A stretch of DNA of 64,000 nt from Candidatus Micrarchaeia archaeon (GTDB lineage: Archaea; Micrarchaeota; Micrarchaeia; Anstonellales; Bilamarchaeaceae): contig JBNLBN010000001.1 in the NCBI GenBank assembly GCA_050303335.1, forward strand, positions 42,239 through 106,238. The letters run 5' to 3'. Positions 16,420-27,796 of the stretch are shown here, one piece after another (positions within the stretch are counted from its first letter, which is position 1; each line of letters opens with the position of its first letter). A model generated the notes under the pieces. That model searched no databases, was not told the origin of the DNA, and saw nothing but the letters and a program-made list of their open reading frames with translations. The position numbers were made by a program, and so were the translations under genes.

Positions 16420-18843
16420 TTACTCCTCAGGAGGCGTCTCCACTTGAGATCCTGCGCCCTTGGGGACGACGGCGAAGGTCGCAACCTTCTCGCCATCTTT
16501 CAGCCGGAATATCCTCACTCCCTGCGTGTTCCTGCCAATAACCGAAATGTCCTTCACGTATGTTCTTATCGCCTGGCCGTTCGAACTCATCAGGATGATC
16601 TCATCGTCATCGTCGACTGCGCGAATTCCTACGACATTGCCGTTCCTTCCCTCGGTCTTGATGTTGATGACACCTGATCCTCCTCTTGCCTGTAGCCTGT
16701 ATTCATCGATAGGAGTCCTTTTTCCGAATCCGTTTTCAGTAATGGTAAGGAGGGTGGGCTTCTTGCACACGGCTATGCCGACTACATTGTCGTCACCCTT
16801 CATCCTGATTCCTATTACTCCCTGGCCGGTTCTTCCGATCTCCCTCGCGTCCTCTTCCTTGAACCTGATCGCCTGGCCTTTCCTGGTTGCAATTATAAGC
16901 TCCTTAGATCCATCTGTCTTGCGGACTTCGTCAAGCCTGTCTCCGTCCTTCAGGGTGATGGCAATGATTCCCCCGCGCCTCACGTTCTTGAAATTCTCGA
17001 GCGCGGTCCTCTTGATTATGCCCTTCCTGGTGCTCATTACGAGGTATTCGCTGCTGTCGAATCTGTCTACAGAAATCCACGAAGTCACCTTCTCGTCCTT
17101 CAGTTCAAGCAGACTGACCAGCGTCTTTCCTGTCGCATACCTGCCGGTTTCCGGAATCTTGTATGCCTTGAGCCAGAACACCCTTCCCTGGTCGGTAAAC
17201 AGCATGAGGTAGTTGTGGTTTTTCGTAACGATAACATCCTGGACGAAATCCTCCTCCTTGGTTTCAGTTCCGATTATTCCCTTTCCGCCCCTGTGCTGTG
17301 CGCGGTACTCGTCAAGCCCGACCCTCTTCACATAGCCCCTGCTGGTTATCGCGATGACCACATCATCATTCGGTATGAGGTCCTCTATGTCAGTGTCCTC
17401 TTCGGAATCGCTGATCTCGGTCCGCCTCTCGTCATTGTATCTCTCCCTTATCTCGTTCAGTTCGTTCTTGATGATCTCAAGCACCTTGTTGATGTCTGAA
17501 AGCACGCTCTGGAGCCATTCGATCTTCTTCATGAGTTCTCCATATTCGTTCTCTATCTTCTCCCGTTCAAGTGCAATCAGTTTCGAGAGCTTCATATCAA
17601 GTATGGCATTTGCCTGGATTTCGCTCAGGCTGTAATTTTCCATCAACCCTGCTCTTGCCTCTGCAATGTCCTTGGATTTGCGCAGGAATTCCACTATCGG
17701 ATCTATGTTCTCAAGCGCTATCCTCAGTCCTTCGAGCACGTGTGCACGCGCCTCGGCTTCCTTCAATTCGTACTGGCATCTTTTTGTTACGATCTCCTTC
17801 CTGAATTCTATGAACTCATTTATCATGTCATACAATCCAAGTATCTTGGGTTCTTTGCCTACGATCGACAGATTGATGATGCCGAATGTCGTCTGGAGCG
17901 ATGTGTGAGCGTATAGCTGGTTTATCAGGACATCGTAATCATGGCCCTTCTTTACATCCAGTATTATCTCCATTCCCTGCTTGTCCGACCTGTCGTGGAT
18001 TCCTGAGATTCCCTCGATTTTCTTGTTCTTGACTGCGGCAACGATGGAATCAATGACGCTCGTTTTGGTTACCTGGTATGGGATCTCAGTGATTATGATC
18101 GCTTTCTTTCCTTCGTCCTTGCCTACTTTTCCCCTGAGCCTGATGGTTCCCCTTCCGCTCTTGTAAGCCTTGTAGATTCCTGATCTTCCGCAGATTATGC
18201 CTCCTGTCGGAAAGTCCGGCCCTTTAACGATGTTCAGCAGCTCGTCTTCGTCCTTGCCGTCAATGAGCGCTATCGTTCCGTCGATTATCTCTCCGATGTT
18301 ATGTGGTGGGATGTTAGTAGCCATTCCGACCGCGATTCCTGATGATCCGTTGATAAGAAGATTCGGTATCTTCGATGGAAGATATAGCGGCTCCTTCAAT
18401 GTGCCATCGAAATTCTCTCCCCATTCCACTGTCTCCTTGTCAAGGTCGGACATGATCTCTGCTGCAAGCTTTGCCATCCTGACCTCCGTGTACCTCATGG
18501 CTGCCGGGCTGTCTCCGTCGACCGATCCCATGTTTCCCTGACCGTCAACAAGCGTGTACCTGAGCGAGAATGTCTGCGCCATCCTGACAAGCGCATCATA
18601 AATGGCACTGTCGCCATGTGGATGGTACTTACCGAGCGTTTCACCGACAACCCTCGCACTTTTCTTATGGGGCTTCCCGTAAACATTCCCCAGTTCATGC
18701 ATTGAGTAAAGGATTCTCCTGTGAACCGGCTTGAGGCCGTCCCTCACGTCCGGAATGGCGCGGCCGATGATTACCGACATCGCGTAGTCAAGGTAGCTAT
18801 CCCTCATATCCTTTTCAATTGGTATATTGACGATCTTTTCCAT
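16420..18843 (-). CDS. gyrA: DNA gyrase subunit A
   Basis: YAMSVI, HPHGDS, AAMRYTE, GyrA-box QHRGGKG, C-terminal beta-pinwheel repeats. Confidence 0.98.
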   Translation of the reverse strand: MEKIVNIPIEKDMRDSYLDYAMSVIIGRAIPDVRDGLKPVHRRILYSMHELGNVYGKPHKKSARVVGETLGKYHPHGDSAIYDALVRMAQTFSLRYTLVDGQGNMGSVDGDSPAAMRYTEVRMAKLAAEIMSDLDKETVEWGENFDGTLKEPLYLPSKIPNLLINGSSGIAVGMATNIPPHNIGEIIDGTIALIDGKDEDELLNIVKGPDFPTGGIICGRSGIYKAYKSGRGTIRLRGKVGKDEGKKAIIITEIPYQVTKTSVIDSIVAAVKNKKIEGISGIHDRSDKQGMEIILDVKKGHDYDVLINQLYAHTSLQTTFGIINLSIVGKEPKILGLYDMINEFIEFRKEIVTKRCQYELKEAEARAHVLEGLRIALENIDPIVEFLRKSKDIAEARAGLMENYSLSEIQANAILDMKLSKLIALEREKIENEYGELMKKIEWLQSVLSDINKVLEIIKNELNEIRERYNDERRTEISDSEEDTDIEDLIPNDDVVIAITSRGYVKRVGLDEYRAQHRGGKGIIGTETKEEDFVQDVIVTKNHNYLMLFTDQGRVFWLKAYKIPETGRYATGKTLVSLLELKDEKVTSWISVDRFDSSEYLVMSTRKGIIKRTALENFKNVRRGGIIAITLKDGDRLDEVRKTDGSKELIIATRKGQAIRFKEEDAREIGRTGQGVIGIRMKGDDNVVGIAVCKKPTLLTITENGFGKRTPIDEYRLQARGGSGVINIKTEGRNGNVVGIRAVDDDDEIILMSSNGQAIRTYVKDISVIGRNTQGVRIFRLKDGEKVATFAVVPKGAGSQVETPPEE

Positions 18844-18845
18844 TT

Positions 18846-20726
18846 TTACACATCCAGGTTCTTGACATAAACTGCGTTCTTTTCTATGAATTCGCGCCTC
18901 GGTTCAACCGCGTCCCCCATGAGGATCGAGAACAGTTCGTCTGCAACCATCGCATCCTCTATGGTCACTCTCTTCAATGTCCTTGTTTCCGGATCCATGG
19001 TGGTCTCCCACAGCTGCCCGGCGTTCATCTCTCCGAGACCCTTGTATCTCTGTATTCCGGCATTCCCTCCGATTTCTGTAAGGACTTCCTGGAGCTGAGC
19101 GTCGGTGTATGCATAGTTTATCTGCTTTCCCTTCTGGATCTTGTAGAGCGGAGGCTGTGCAATGTATAGGTAGCCCCTTTCTATTACATCCTTGAAATAC
19201 CTGTAGAACAGGGTGAGGATAAGTGTCCTGATATGCGAACCGTCCACATCCGCATCGGTCATGATTACAATCTTATGGTACCTGATCTTTGAAATGTCGA
19301 ACTCGTCCTTGAAACCTCCTCCTAGGGCCAGCACCATATTCTTGATCTCCTCGCTTGCAAGCACCCTGTGCATGGGCGCCTTCTCGACATTCAGGATTTT
19401 CCCCCGAAGCGGGAGTATTGCCTGGTAGCTCCTGTCCCTTGCCTGCTTGGATGTTCCGCCTGCCGAATCCCCCTCAACAATGTAGAGCTCTGCCTTTGAC
19501 GGATCCTGCTCGCTGCAGTCTGCAAGCTTTCCTGGAAGAAGGCTGCTTTCAAATACGTTCTTCCTCCTGATAAGGTCCTTCGCTTTTTGCGCAGCTTCCC
19601 TTGCTTCCATCGAGTTAACGATCTTTGCGCAGATGTTCTTCGCGTCGTCGGGGTGCTCTTCAAGGTATGTCTTGAACGTTTCGTATACCATGCTGTCGAC
19701 AGCCCCCCTAACCTCGCTGTTTCCAAGTTTCGTCTTGGTCTGTCCTTCGAACTGGGGCTCCTGGACCCTTGCGCTGATTACAGCCGTAAGGCCCTCCATT
19801 ATGTCGTCCCCAGTGATCTTCTTGTCCTCCTTCACAACCCTGTTCTGCTTGACATAGTCGTTGATGACCCTTGTCAGTGCGGTCCGGAATCCTGTCAGGT
19901 GCGTTCCGCCTTCGATAGTCTTGATGTTGTTTACGAAACTGTAGATCATGGGACTGAAGCTGTCCGTGAACTGCATCGCAACCTCTATTTCGACGTCATT
20001 CGAGATCTTCTCAAAATAGTATGCCTCATGCAGCTTGTTCCTTGCCTTGTTGAGATGTGATACGAACTCCTTGATTCCCCCCTCAAAGAAGAATTCCTCC
20101 CTTCTGTCATTCCTCTCGTCACTTATCACTATCCTTAGGCCCTTGTTCAGGAAGGCGAGTTCCATCAGCCTTTCCTTCAAATAATCATATTCAAATTCCG
20201 TCTTCTCGAAAATCTGCGCGTCCGGCTTGAACCTGACGTAAGTGCCATGCGAATCACTATCCTGCTTCACCTGCATGGGCTCGGTCATCTTTCCCCTGCT
20301 GTAACCGATTGTATGTACCTTCCCGTCCCTGTGTACCTCGATCGTCATCCATTCCGAAAGCGCGTTGACGACGCTCATCCCAACCCCGTGGAGTCCTCCG
20401 GATACCTTATATGCCTTTTTTCCGAATTTCCCGCCTGCGTGGAGGGAACTTGAAACCAGCTCCAGAGCCGATTTTCCGCTTGCGTGCTTGTCGACAGGGA
20501 TTCCCCTTCCGTTGTCCCTGACCTCCGCCCAGCCGTCCTTTCCGAGGGTAAGTTCTATCCTGTCACAGTAGTTTGCAAGGGCTTCGTCGATACTGTTGTC
20601 GATTATTTCGTAAATAAGATGGTGCAGTCCCCTTTTGCTGGTATCACCAATGTACATACCCGGCCTTCTTCTAACACCTTCAAGACCCTCTAAAACTTGT
20701 ATTTCCTTTGCTGTGTATTCATCCAT
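18846..20726 (-). CDS. gyrB: DNA gyrase subunit B
   Basis: [48 protein letters not shown]. Confidence 0.98.
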   Translation of the reverse strand: MDEYTAKEIQVLEGLEGVRRRPGMYIGDTSKRGLHHLIYEIIDNSIDEALANYCDRIELTLGKDGWAEVRDNGRGIPVDKHASGKSALELVSSSLHAGGKFGKKAYKVSGGLHGVGMSVVNALSEWMTIEVHRDGKVHTIGYSRGKMTEPMQVKQDSDSHGTYVRFKPDAQIFEKTEFEYDYLKERLMELAFLNKGLRIVISDERNDRREEFFFEGGIKEFVSHLNKARNKLHEAYYFEKISNDVEIEVAMQFTDSFSPMIYSFVNNIKTIEGGTHLTGFRTALTRVINDYVKQNRVVKEDKKITGDDIMEGLTAVISARVQEPQFEGQTKTKLGNSEVRGAVDSMVYETFKTYLEEHPDDAKNICAKIVNSMEAREAAQKAKDLIRRKNVFESSLLPGKLADCSEQDPSKAELYIVEGDSAGGTSKQARDRSYQAILPLRGKILNVEKAPMHRVLASEEIKNMVLALGGGFKDEFDISKIRYHKIVIMTDADVDGSHIRTLILTLFYRYFKDVIERGYLYIAQPPLYKIQKGKQINYAYTDAQLQEVLTEIGGNAGIQRYKGLGEMNAGQLWETTMDPETRTLKRVTIEDAMVADELFSILMGDAVEPRREFIEKNAVYVKNLDV

Positions 20727-20809
20727 GTTAAAACCATTAGTATTTTTGTCAATTTTACGTCGGGAAAATAGACCTAAAAATTAATGTTGAAGAGTCTTTA
20801 AATTCGTTT

Positions 20810-23029
20810 TCATTGGTCGATTATTTTCATCTTCGCCTTCCACTTCTCAATGGCCTCGTTGAACCTCTCCTTCCTGACAAAAAGGACCGATTCGCTTGCC
20901 TTCCCCTTCATGTACACTATGACCTTTGAGTTGCCCTGGCAAACAAAACTCTGCGGGTCGTGCTGCCCCAGTTTCTTTGCAAGGCTCTTGATGTAATTCC
21001 TCAGTTTCAGCGCAAGCGCCTTCTTAACCGTTCCGCTTCCCTCGCTGAATTCCGACATCTCAATCTTGTCATGCCTGATTACCAGTATTCCTTCGACAAG
21101 GTCCTTGACAATCAGGCCGTGGATGATATTGTCTACCGAGACCGTCTTTCTCTTCAACCCGTCATGGTCGAGCGAGACATCTTCGTGTTCTGTCGCGTAT
21201 TTGTTCAGTGCCCAGATGCGAAGTGATGCCGGTATCGTCATGAGGGATGCTGAGTAGACCTCATTCTGTTCGTCCAGAATCTTGGTGATGCTGTCCGACC
21301 ATGCCGGCCAGTTGGTATCTGCTGATGCCTTCTTTTCATTCAGGCTCTTGATCGCGCCTTCAACCGATGCAAGGTTGTCATCGATTACTGATTTGGTCTG
21401 TGCAGTGATCTTGGAGGAGAGCTTCTTCACGTCAAGCCCCTTTGCAGATGTGAGGATATCGTATTCCCTGCTGAATTCGAAATTTTCCTTTGTGTACTGG
21501 TTGATAAGATCAGCCAGTTCCTGAATCTTCTCCTCGAGCTTTGCAGCCTTTGCCATGTACATATCCTTCTCATGCCTGATGACCATACCGTATGCGCGCT
21601 CGAGTATGGTGATCTTCGTCAGGTTCTCGAATGCAAGGTAAAGCATGAGTATTCCGATCGCGCTGAGCCCGAATCCGAGTATTCCCAGTTCGCTCTTTAT
21701 AAGTGTTTCAAACGTTTCCGTGATCGGAGGAATCGTGGTGGGCTGGTCGCTCAGGAATTCGCTTACATAGAATCCGATTGCAAGGAAGACGATCGCGATC
21801 ACTATGTCGCTCTTCCATGTGACTGCCGTTCTTCCGAATGCCCTCCTGAATCCTGCAGTAAATGTAGCCCCTGCCGCCCTCTCGCTGACCAGTACGAATG
21901 CAAGGATTATGATGTTGTAGATCAGGAGCAGTATCGCGATTGTGATTCCGATTGCGAATCCAAGTGAGAGGAAATAGTTGCCCAAAATTGACTGTACGAT
22001 GTCGAAAATAGCTGAAGTGAGGAAGAATCCCCCGAGGCCTATATTCGAGGTCCTGATTTCAGGCCTTTCAATGGCGTTCAGCAGTTCCTCAGGAGGCTTG
22101 TTTGAGCTGAATTCATAGCCCACCATATATCCGTTCTTGTTAGGCATCCTGGAATTCCAGACTATTACCGTATCGGCATTCTTTGTTACGTCTATCTTCT
22201 GTATGGAGAATACGTCATCCGGCTCAATGAATCGCACATGGTCCGTGATTCCGGCGGATATCAGTTCTGTTCCCTCTTCGGACTGCGGACTCATGAGGAT
22301 CACTACTGTGTACTCATAGCCTTCAACCGAAGTACTGTATTCCCCGAGTTTCTTGGCAGCACTTATTGCGTATTGCGTTCCGAAATCGCTGTATGAACAA
22401 AGGTTGAGGTTGTTATAGAGGGGGTTGGAATTGATGCTCGAGACCCTCGAAACCATGTCCCTCGTTATCTGGAGGAACTCATTCTTCTCTTCGATGCTCT
22501 GGTTCCTTAGCCCAAGGACCATCCTCCTTGAATCAAGAATCAATGACCTCAATTCGGTGTTATCCTGGACGTATGTGATCATCGAGTCTGTCAGCACTTC
22601 GTCAAAGTCCTCTGCTATCGACCTGCATCTTGTTGTGGAAGAGCAAAGCCTGCTGCATGTTGTGATGTCCGAGCAGACGACGTTCAATATACCTATGTTC
22701 TTGCTGCATGCCGCATCTGCCTGGATCCTGGACTGGGAGAACTCGTCAAGGTCTGAATCCGCAAAAAGCAGGTCCACGTCAGTAAGATTACTGTCCAGCG
22801 CAGTATACTCTGCCCTGGTTTTTGTCGAGACGGTGACAAACCTCTGGACCTTCATGTTCCCCGCTTCGAAGGGGGAATATGTTATTGCCACATAATCGCT
22901 GATCCCGTCCCCATCAATATCCTCTGATACTGTATTCATGACATTCTCGTTTCCAAGCCCGGAATAATTAGAGTCTTCTATGCATCCGAACGCGACAAGG
23001 AATATTAATAACAGATATATTGCACGCAT
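20810..23029 (-). CDS. Large membrane protein: lipobox, Cys-rich ectodomain, ~3-4 TM, coiled coil, Roadblock-like C-terminus
   Basis: VAFGC signal, DIDGDGISD Ca-binding-like motif, Cys cluster, TM block, heptad region, terminal alpha-beta-beta-alpha-beta-beta-beta-alpha pattern. Confidence 0.7.
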   Translation of the reverse strand: MRAIYLLLIFLVAFGCIEDSNYSGLGNENVMNTVSEDIDGDGISDYVAITYSPFEAGNMKVQRFVTVSTKTRAEYTALDSNLTDVDLLFADSDLDEFSQSRIQADAACSKNIGILNVVCSDITTCSRLCSSTTRCRSIAEDFDEVLTDSMITYVQDNTELRSLILDSRRMVLGLRNQSIEEKNEFLQITRDMVSRVSSINSNPLYNNLNLCSYSDFGTQYAISAAKKLGEYSTSVEGYEYTVVILMSPQSEEGTELISAGITDHVRFIEPDDVFSIQKIDVTKNADTVIVWNSRMPNKNGYMVGYEFSSNKPPEELLNAIERPEIRTSNIGLGGFFLTSAIFDIVQSILGNYFLSLGFAIGITIAILLLIYNIIILAFVLVSERAAGATFTAGFRRAFGRTAVTWKSDIVIAIVFLAIGFYVSEFLSDQPTTIPPITETFETLIKSELGILGFGLSAIGILMLYLAFENLTKITILERAYGMVIRHEKDMYMAKAAKLEEKIQELADLINQYTKENFEFSREYDILTSAKGLDVKKLSSKITAQTKSVIDDNLASVEGAIKSLNEKKASADTNWPAWSDSITKILDEQNEVYSASLMTIPASLRIWALNKYATEHEDVSLDHDGLKRKTVSVDNIIHGLIVKDLVEGILVIRHDKIEMSEFSEGSGTVKKALALKLRNYIKSLAKKLGQHDPQSFVCQGNSKVIVYMKGKASESVLFVRKERFNEAIEKWKAKMKIIDQ

Positions 23030-23067
23030 GTGAAACATTTATTAGGCTTCTTTTAAAACCTTACCTC

Positions 23068-24294
23068 ATGAAGGAAGTTTTAGCCAAGATCAAGCCCTCA
23101 AAGGAGGAGCTCCAGACAGAGATTAATTTCGCAAACAAGCTGATCGACCACATCAGGATGCACGTCCCGGACAAATGCGAAGTGGTGCTGACAGGCTCGG
23201 TTGCGAAAAAGACGTTCCTGAAGAACAAGAAGGACGTTGACATATTCATTCTTTTCAGCATTGACACACCAAGGGAATCGCTCCAGCCGATAATAAGATC
23301 GATAATGGACAAAGCATTTCCAACCCTCGGCTACCAGCTGAGCTATGCAGAGCATCCCTATGTCCGCTTCCATATCAGCGGCCGGAAAGTCGATCTCGTT
23401 CCAGCCTACAAGATATTGAATGCCAGCGAGAGGGTCAGTGCCGTTGACCGTTCCATCCTCCATACCAAGTTCATCATGAAGAACCTGAAGGAGAAGCAAA
23501 GGGACGAGGTGCTCCTCCTGAAGCAGTTCCTGAAGGCCAATTCCCTTTACGGGGCAGAGATCAAGATCAAGGGCTTCTCAGGCTACCTCTGCGAGCTCCT
23601 GATCGTCCATTACGGGAGCTTCAAAAAGCTCCTGCAGGCGTCAAAAGACTGGGACAGGGTCTTTATAGACATAAAAAAATACCACAAAAAGAAGACTGAT
23701 GCTTTCGGAGATTTTGCGGTTATCGATCCGACCGACAAGGACCGCAACGTTGCAGCAGCCCTAAGTGCCCAGAACATATCGATATTCAGGAAACTTGCAA
23801 GGGCCTACCTGAAAAAGCCCGACAGGAAATACTTCTTCAAGCCGCCCGAATCGTTCGAAAAGAAGATATCAAGGCTCGGCCGGGAAAGAAAGAAGCTCCT
23901 CCTATCCCTTCCGAGGCCTGATGTTGTAGACGACATCCTCTGGGGCCAGCTTTACAAGCTGGTCAAGCAGCTGGAAGCACAGCTCAGGGATTACGAGCCG
24001 AGGATAATAGCAGACGATTCGAGGCACATGGTGCGAATAGCATTCCTTCTCAAACGGGACCGCCTGCCTCCGACAATGCTTGTCGAGGGCCCTCCGCTTT
24101 CAATGAAAACCCATCTTGCAAAATTCAAGAAGGCCCATAAGGATACGGTAACGAAAAAGGGCAAGATCTATGCAAGGGTCAAGCGGCCCGTGACAAAAGC
24201 AGCCGATGCTATAATGGAGTACATGCGGAAATTCAGCGCCACCGATTCGCACCTGGCTTGCCAGGAGGAACTGATAATCCTCGAGAAGCTCTAG
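23068..24294 (+). CDS. cca: Archaeal (class I) CCA-adding enzyme
   Basis: GSVAKKTFL..KDVDIF, YAEHPY, VDLVP, SAVDRS, YGAEIKIKGFSGYLCELL, DPTD..RNVAAA. Confidence 0.95.
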   Translation: MKEVLAKIKPSKEELQTEINFANKLIDHIRMHVPDKCEVVLTGSVAKKTFLKNKKDVDIFILFSIDTPRESLQPIIRSIMDKAFPTLGYQLSYAEHPYVRFHISGRKVDLVPAYKILNASERVSAVDRSILHTKFIMKNLKEKQRDEVLLLKQFLKANSLYGAEIKIKGFSGYLCELLIVHYGSFKKLLQASKDWDRVFIDIKKYHKKKTDAFGDFAVIDPTDKDRNVAAALSAQNISIFRKLARAYLKKPDRKYFFKPPESFEKKISRLGRERKKLLLSLPRPDVVDDILWGQLYKLVKQLEAQLRDYEPRIIADDSRHMVRIAFLLKRDRLPPTMLVEGPPLSMKTHLAKFKKAHKDTVTKKGKIYARVKRPVTKAADAIMEYMRKFSATDSHLACQEELIILEKL

Positions 24295-25529
24295 ATCTCG
24301 ATGACGTCGCCGCCCTTCGGGGCGATAGCGTCGTATCCGAAGTTCTCGTTCAGTTCCTGTGCAAACCCGGCAGTACTGTCCCCATGGATCAGCACTATCT
24401 TTTCAGGGTTGGCGTGCTTGATGAAATTCAGCAGGTCAGCACGTCCTGCATGCGCCGAGAAGTCAAGGTATTCCCATGGTATGTCCACGTGGAGCTCCTC
24501 CCCGTCCTTGATTATGTAGCCCTCGTTCTGGAGATACCAGCCATTCGTTTCCTCCACGCAGTATCCCGTGAAGCAGAGCTTCGACTGTGCGTTGGAATGG
24601 AACAGGTAATTGAGAATAGGGCCGCCGTTCATCATTCCGGCGCTCGATATGATAATTGAAGGTTCCCTGGTTGCCGCCTTCTTGTCAGGTATCCCCTCGA
24701 CCATCCTTACATTACGCACGGCATCCCTGAATCCACGCGGATCCCTAAGGTATTTCGGATGGCTCTGGTAGATCCTTGTAACCTCCCGTCCCATGCCGTC
24801 TACATAGACCGGAATCTCCTGATCATAGTTCCTGATTGTCGCGATCAGTTCCTGGGTTCTCCCAACCGCGAAAGAGGGAAGCAGGAAGTTTCCGCCATTG
24901 TCTATTGTTTCATATATATGGTCCATAAGAGTCTCGTCCAGTTCCTTCCTGTCCGGATGCTCCCTGTTGGCATATGTGCTTTCTATTACAAGGACATCGA
25001 CGTCTTCATAGAACCCCGCTCCGCTGTGCATGAACGTATCCTGTCCCTTGAAGTCTCCAGTGTAAAAAACCCTCTTGCCTTGGAACTCTATATCCACCAT
25101 TGACGATCCTGCGATATGCCCTGCATCATGAAGGACCACTCCCGTTTCTCCGAATGACCTGGGCTGCTCGTAGAGGATTGGATCCCATCTCTTGAATGAC
25201 CTCTTGAAGTCTGCAAGGTTGTATGGAAGCCCGTCCCCCATTATCTTCATCGAGTCCTTCCAGAGCAGTTCCACTATGTCCTTTGTTGGAGGGGTCGAAT
25301 ACCATCTCATATTCCTGTGCTTGAAAAGGGAAGGCACACATCCGCTGTGGTCGAGGTGTGCATGAGTAAGTATCGCGAGATCAGGTTCGTTCCCCTTGAT
25401 CGGGAATTTGGCCGATCCGCTCTCATCGAATAGTTTTATTCCGTAATCTAGCATGATTTTTTTGTCGGTGTGGAGAAGGAAGGCGCTTCTTCCGACTTCC
25501 CCTGAGGCTCCTAAACATTCAATCTTCAT
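24291..25529 (-). CDS. Metallo-beta-lactamase/beta-CASP ribonuclease (aCPSF-like)
   Basis: GASGEVGRS, THAHLDH, AGHIAGS, TGD, ESTY, FAVGRTQE, FSAH, HGD. Confidence 0.92.
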   Translation of the reverse strand: MKIECLGASGEVGRSAFLLHTDKKIMLDYGIKLFDESGSAKFPIKGNEPDLAILTHAHLDHSGCVPSLFKHRNMRWYSTPPTKDIVELLWKDSMKIMGDGLPYNLADFKRSFKRWDPILYEQPRSFGETGVVLHDAGHIAGSSMVDIEFQGKRVFYTGDFKGQDTFMHSGAGFYEDVDVLVIESTYANREHPDRKELDETLMDHIYETIDNGGNFLLPSFAVGRTQELIATIRNYDQEIPVYVDGMGREVTRIYQSHPKYLRDPRGFRDAVRNVRMVEGIPDKKAATREPSIIISSAGMMNGGPILNYLFHSNAQSKLCFTGYCVEETNGWYLQNEGYIIKDGEELHVDIPWEYLDFSAHAGRADLLNFIKHANPEKIVLIHGDSTAGFAQELNENFGYDAIAPKGGDVIEI

Positions 25530-25580
25530 CTTTTTACCTTAACATACAATAATTATAAACTTCTTCTTCAATTCTATTCC

Positions 25581-25961
25581 ATGCGAAATGATTCGGTCGT
25601 AACCAACCTTATGAACATGCTTTCTTTTCTGGCAATCCTGTATGCCGTATCAGTTCCTTTCTACATGCATTTCGAGGGCTGGAGGCTTATCGATGCAGTA
25701 TATTTCACCACAATGACAATTACGACCGTCGGATTCGGGGACATTGTCCCTGAAACCGACATCTCAAAAATATACACCATGTTCCTTGCCTTTGCAGGAA
25801 TATCAGTGCTGTTCTACCACATAACCCACATCGGGCAGTTCAGGGAAAGGGCGATAGATCCGCATGTAAAGTCGCAGATCAACATGCTCAGGAACCTCAC
25901 GCACATTTACGGGGTCAAGAAAAGGGACATAACGAAGATCAAAAAGAAGATGGAAAAATGA
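25581..25961 (+). CDS. Two-TM potassium channel pore protein
   Basis: DAVYFTTMTITTVGFGD selectivity filter between two TM helices. Confidence 0.92.
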   Translation: MRNDSVVTNLMNMLSFLAILYAVSVPFYMHFEGWRLIDAVYFTTMTITTVGFGDIVPETDISKIYTMFLAFAGISVLFYHITHIGQFRERAIDPHVKSQINMLRNLTHIYGVKKRDITKIKKKMEK

Positions 25962-26599
25962 AATTCGACAGGAATCCATTCAGCAGGATACACCAGTCCC
26001 TGATAAGGGATACCCCCATCGCCCTCGTCGGACTAGGGGGGATCGGCGGCTTCGCATTCGAGAACCTCCTCCGCCTCGGAGCCGAAAATCTCATCGTTTT
26101 CGACAATGACCGGTTCGAACTCACTAACTTCAACCGGCAGGTGCTTTCAACAGATTCGACTCTGGACCGCACCAAGACGTCCGCTGCAAGGGCCCGCGCA
26201 AGGAAAATCAACGGGAACGCAAAAGTCCGGGCCTACAGGAGTTTCCGGTCGCTGGATGAAAAAATCATCATCGACGCCACCGACAATCTTGAAACAAGGA
26301 TTGCCCTCTCCAGGATTGCAAGAAATGAAAGGATTCCCTATGTCTTTGCATCGGCAAACGATTCCAGGGGGATCGTCTCGCTTTTTACTGATTACGAATT
26401 TGAAAAGGCTTTCCAGGTCGCTGGCAAGCAGACTGGAAAATGCTCCACAATCACATGCCCTGCGGCCGCGGTTTCCGGATCCATTGCAGCATCCCAGGCT
26501 GTAAACCATATTATCGGAAAGCCGGTGATAAAGGCGCCAAAGGCCCTCTTTTTCGACCTTGAGAGGCCGGATCCGTTTTGGATGGTGGATCTGGAATGA
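25958..26599 (+). CDS. ThiF/MoeB (E1-like) adenylyltransferase
   Basis: VGLGGIG, DNDRFELTNFNRQ, DATDNLETR. Confidence 0.88.
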   Translation: MKFDRNPFSRIHQSLIRDTPIALVGLGGIGGFAFENLLRLGAENLIVFDNDRFELTNFNRQVLSTDSTLDRTKTSAARARARKINGNAKVRAYRSFRSLDEKIIIDATDNLETRIALSRIARNERIPYVFASANDSRGIVSLFTDYEFEKAFQVAGKQTGKCSTITCPAAAVSGSIAASQAVNHIIGKPVIKAPKALFFDLERPDPFWMVDLE

Positions 26600-26865
26600 A
26601 ATACTATGTGCTCGAGCCGTGCAAGAGCTCGAACGGATTCGAGATCAAGTTCCAGGCAAAGATTGACCTTGATAGGTCGGCAGAAGTATTCGAGCCTGTT
26701 TCAAGGTCACTCGTGGTGCTCCTTGCAAAGTTCGGGGATTACACTCTGAGCATATATTCAAGCGGCAGAATTATGATAAAATCGGACAAGCGCATGGACC
26801 GGAAAGATGTAGAACATGCGGCAGAAGAAATTACTGCGAAACTGGAGGAGGGAAATGCAATATGA
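26596..26865 (+). CDS. Small hypothetical protein resembling the C-terminal extension of long ThiF/MoeB proteins
   Basis: ATGA overlap with the E1 gene; EPC...LSIYSSGRIMIK...A pattern. Confidence 0.6.
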   Translation: MKYYVLEPCKSSNGFEIKFQAKIDLDRSAEVFEPVSRSLVVLLAKFGDYTLSIYSSGRIMIKSDKRMDRKDVEHAAEEITAKLEEGNAI

Positions 26866-27506
26866 AAATCGACCTTCATGTCCATACCGAAAGCTCGATC
26901 GACTCGATAATCAAGATCGATGACCTTGCAAAAAAATCAAAGAGCCTCGGGATCATCCCTGCAATAACAGACCACAATAACATCAGGTCCCACGAAAGGT
27001 TCAGGAAGCTTGGCACGCCATTCATTCCCGGAGAGGAAATACGAACAGACCGCGGCGACCTGATAGCCCTGTTCATCAATGAGAATATACCAAAGGGAAC
27101 CGGGTTTGCCGAGAGCCTTGACATGATAAAGGTGCAGGGCGCACTATCCTATCTTCCTCATATGTACGACCTGACGAGGGCCGGAGCGATTCCGGAAAAA
27201 GGAGAAATAAACAAGATCGATATAATTGAGACTTTCAATGCAAGGACGCTTGACAAGAACATGAACCTTAAGGCCATGGACTTTGCGAAAAAACATTCGC
27301 TTCTCCAGGGAGTCGGATCCGACAGCCATTTCCTTTTCGAGTTTGGCTCTACCTATAATATCATGCCTGATTTTGACCTCGGCGACCCTAAAGATTTTTT
27401 AAGGTCAATGGCAAAGTCCAGCTATCAAAAGACAAGTGCGCCATTTTATGTGAGGGGGACCACGACAATGGTAAAATTCATGAGGAGGATCAATGGATCC
27501 GGTTGA
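26862..27506 (+). CDS. PHP-domain metal-dependent phosphoesterase
   Basis: DLHVHT..S.DS, AITDHN, PGEEI, GSDSH. Confidence 0.9.
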   Translation: MKIDLHVHTESSIDSIIKIDDLAKKSKSLGIIPAITDHNNIRSHERFRKLGTPFIPGEEIRTDRGDLIALFINENIPKGTGFAESLDMIKVQGALSYLPHMYDLTRAGAIPEKGEINKIDIIETFNARTLDKNMNLKAMDFAKKHSLLQGVGSDSHFLFEFGSTYNIMPDFDLGDPKDFLRSMAKSSYQKTSAPFYVRGTTTMVKFMRRINGSG

Positions 27507-27771
27507 TGCAGGTTTTTGGCATCTTATTGCCGGAACCAGGGGAGGCCCGACACGGCTGGGCATACTTTTGGCTTTGTTAGAAGGACCGCTGAATGCCAAC
27601 CAGATCTGCGAGATCATGTCCATGGATTACAAGACCGTCCGCCATCATCTTGATATTCTTGAAAAGAACCACCTTCTTGAGGTGTCGAAGGAGAAGAAAT
27701 ACGGAGAGCAGTATGCGCTCCGGGAATTCGTCAGGGAGAAACTCTCCAAGATGAATTTGGGGAAACTATAA
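27493..27771 (+). CDS. ArsR-like winged-helix transcriptional regulator
   Basis: WHLIAGTRGG..R..IL, NANQI, DYKTVRHHLDIL, YG..Y. Confidence 0.88.
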   Translation: MDPVDAGFWHLIAGTRGGPTRLGILLALLEGPLNANQICEIMSMDYKTVRHHLDILEKNHLLEVSKEKKYGEQYALREFVREKLSKMNLGKL

Positions 27772-27796
27772 TAAATGAAATAAACGAGGTAAAAAT

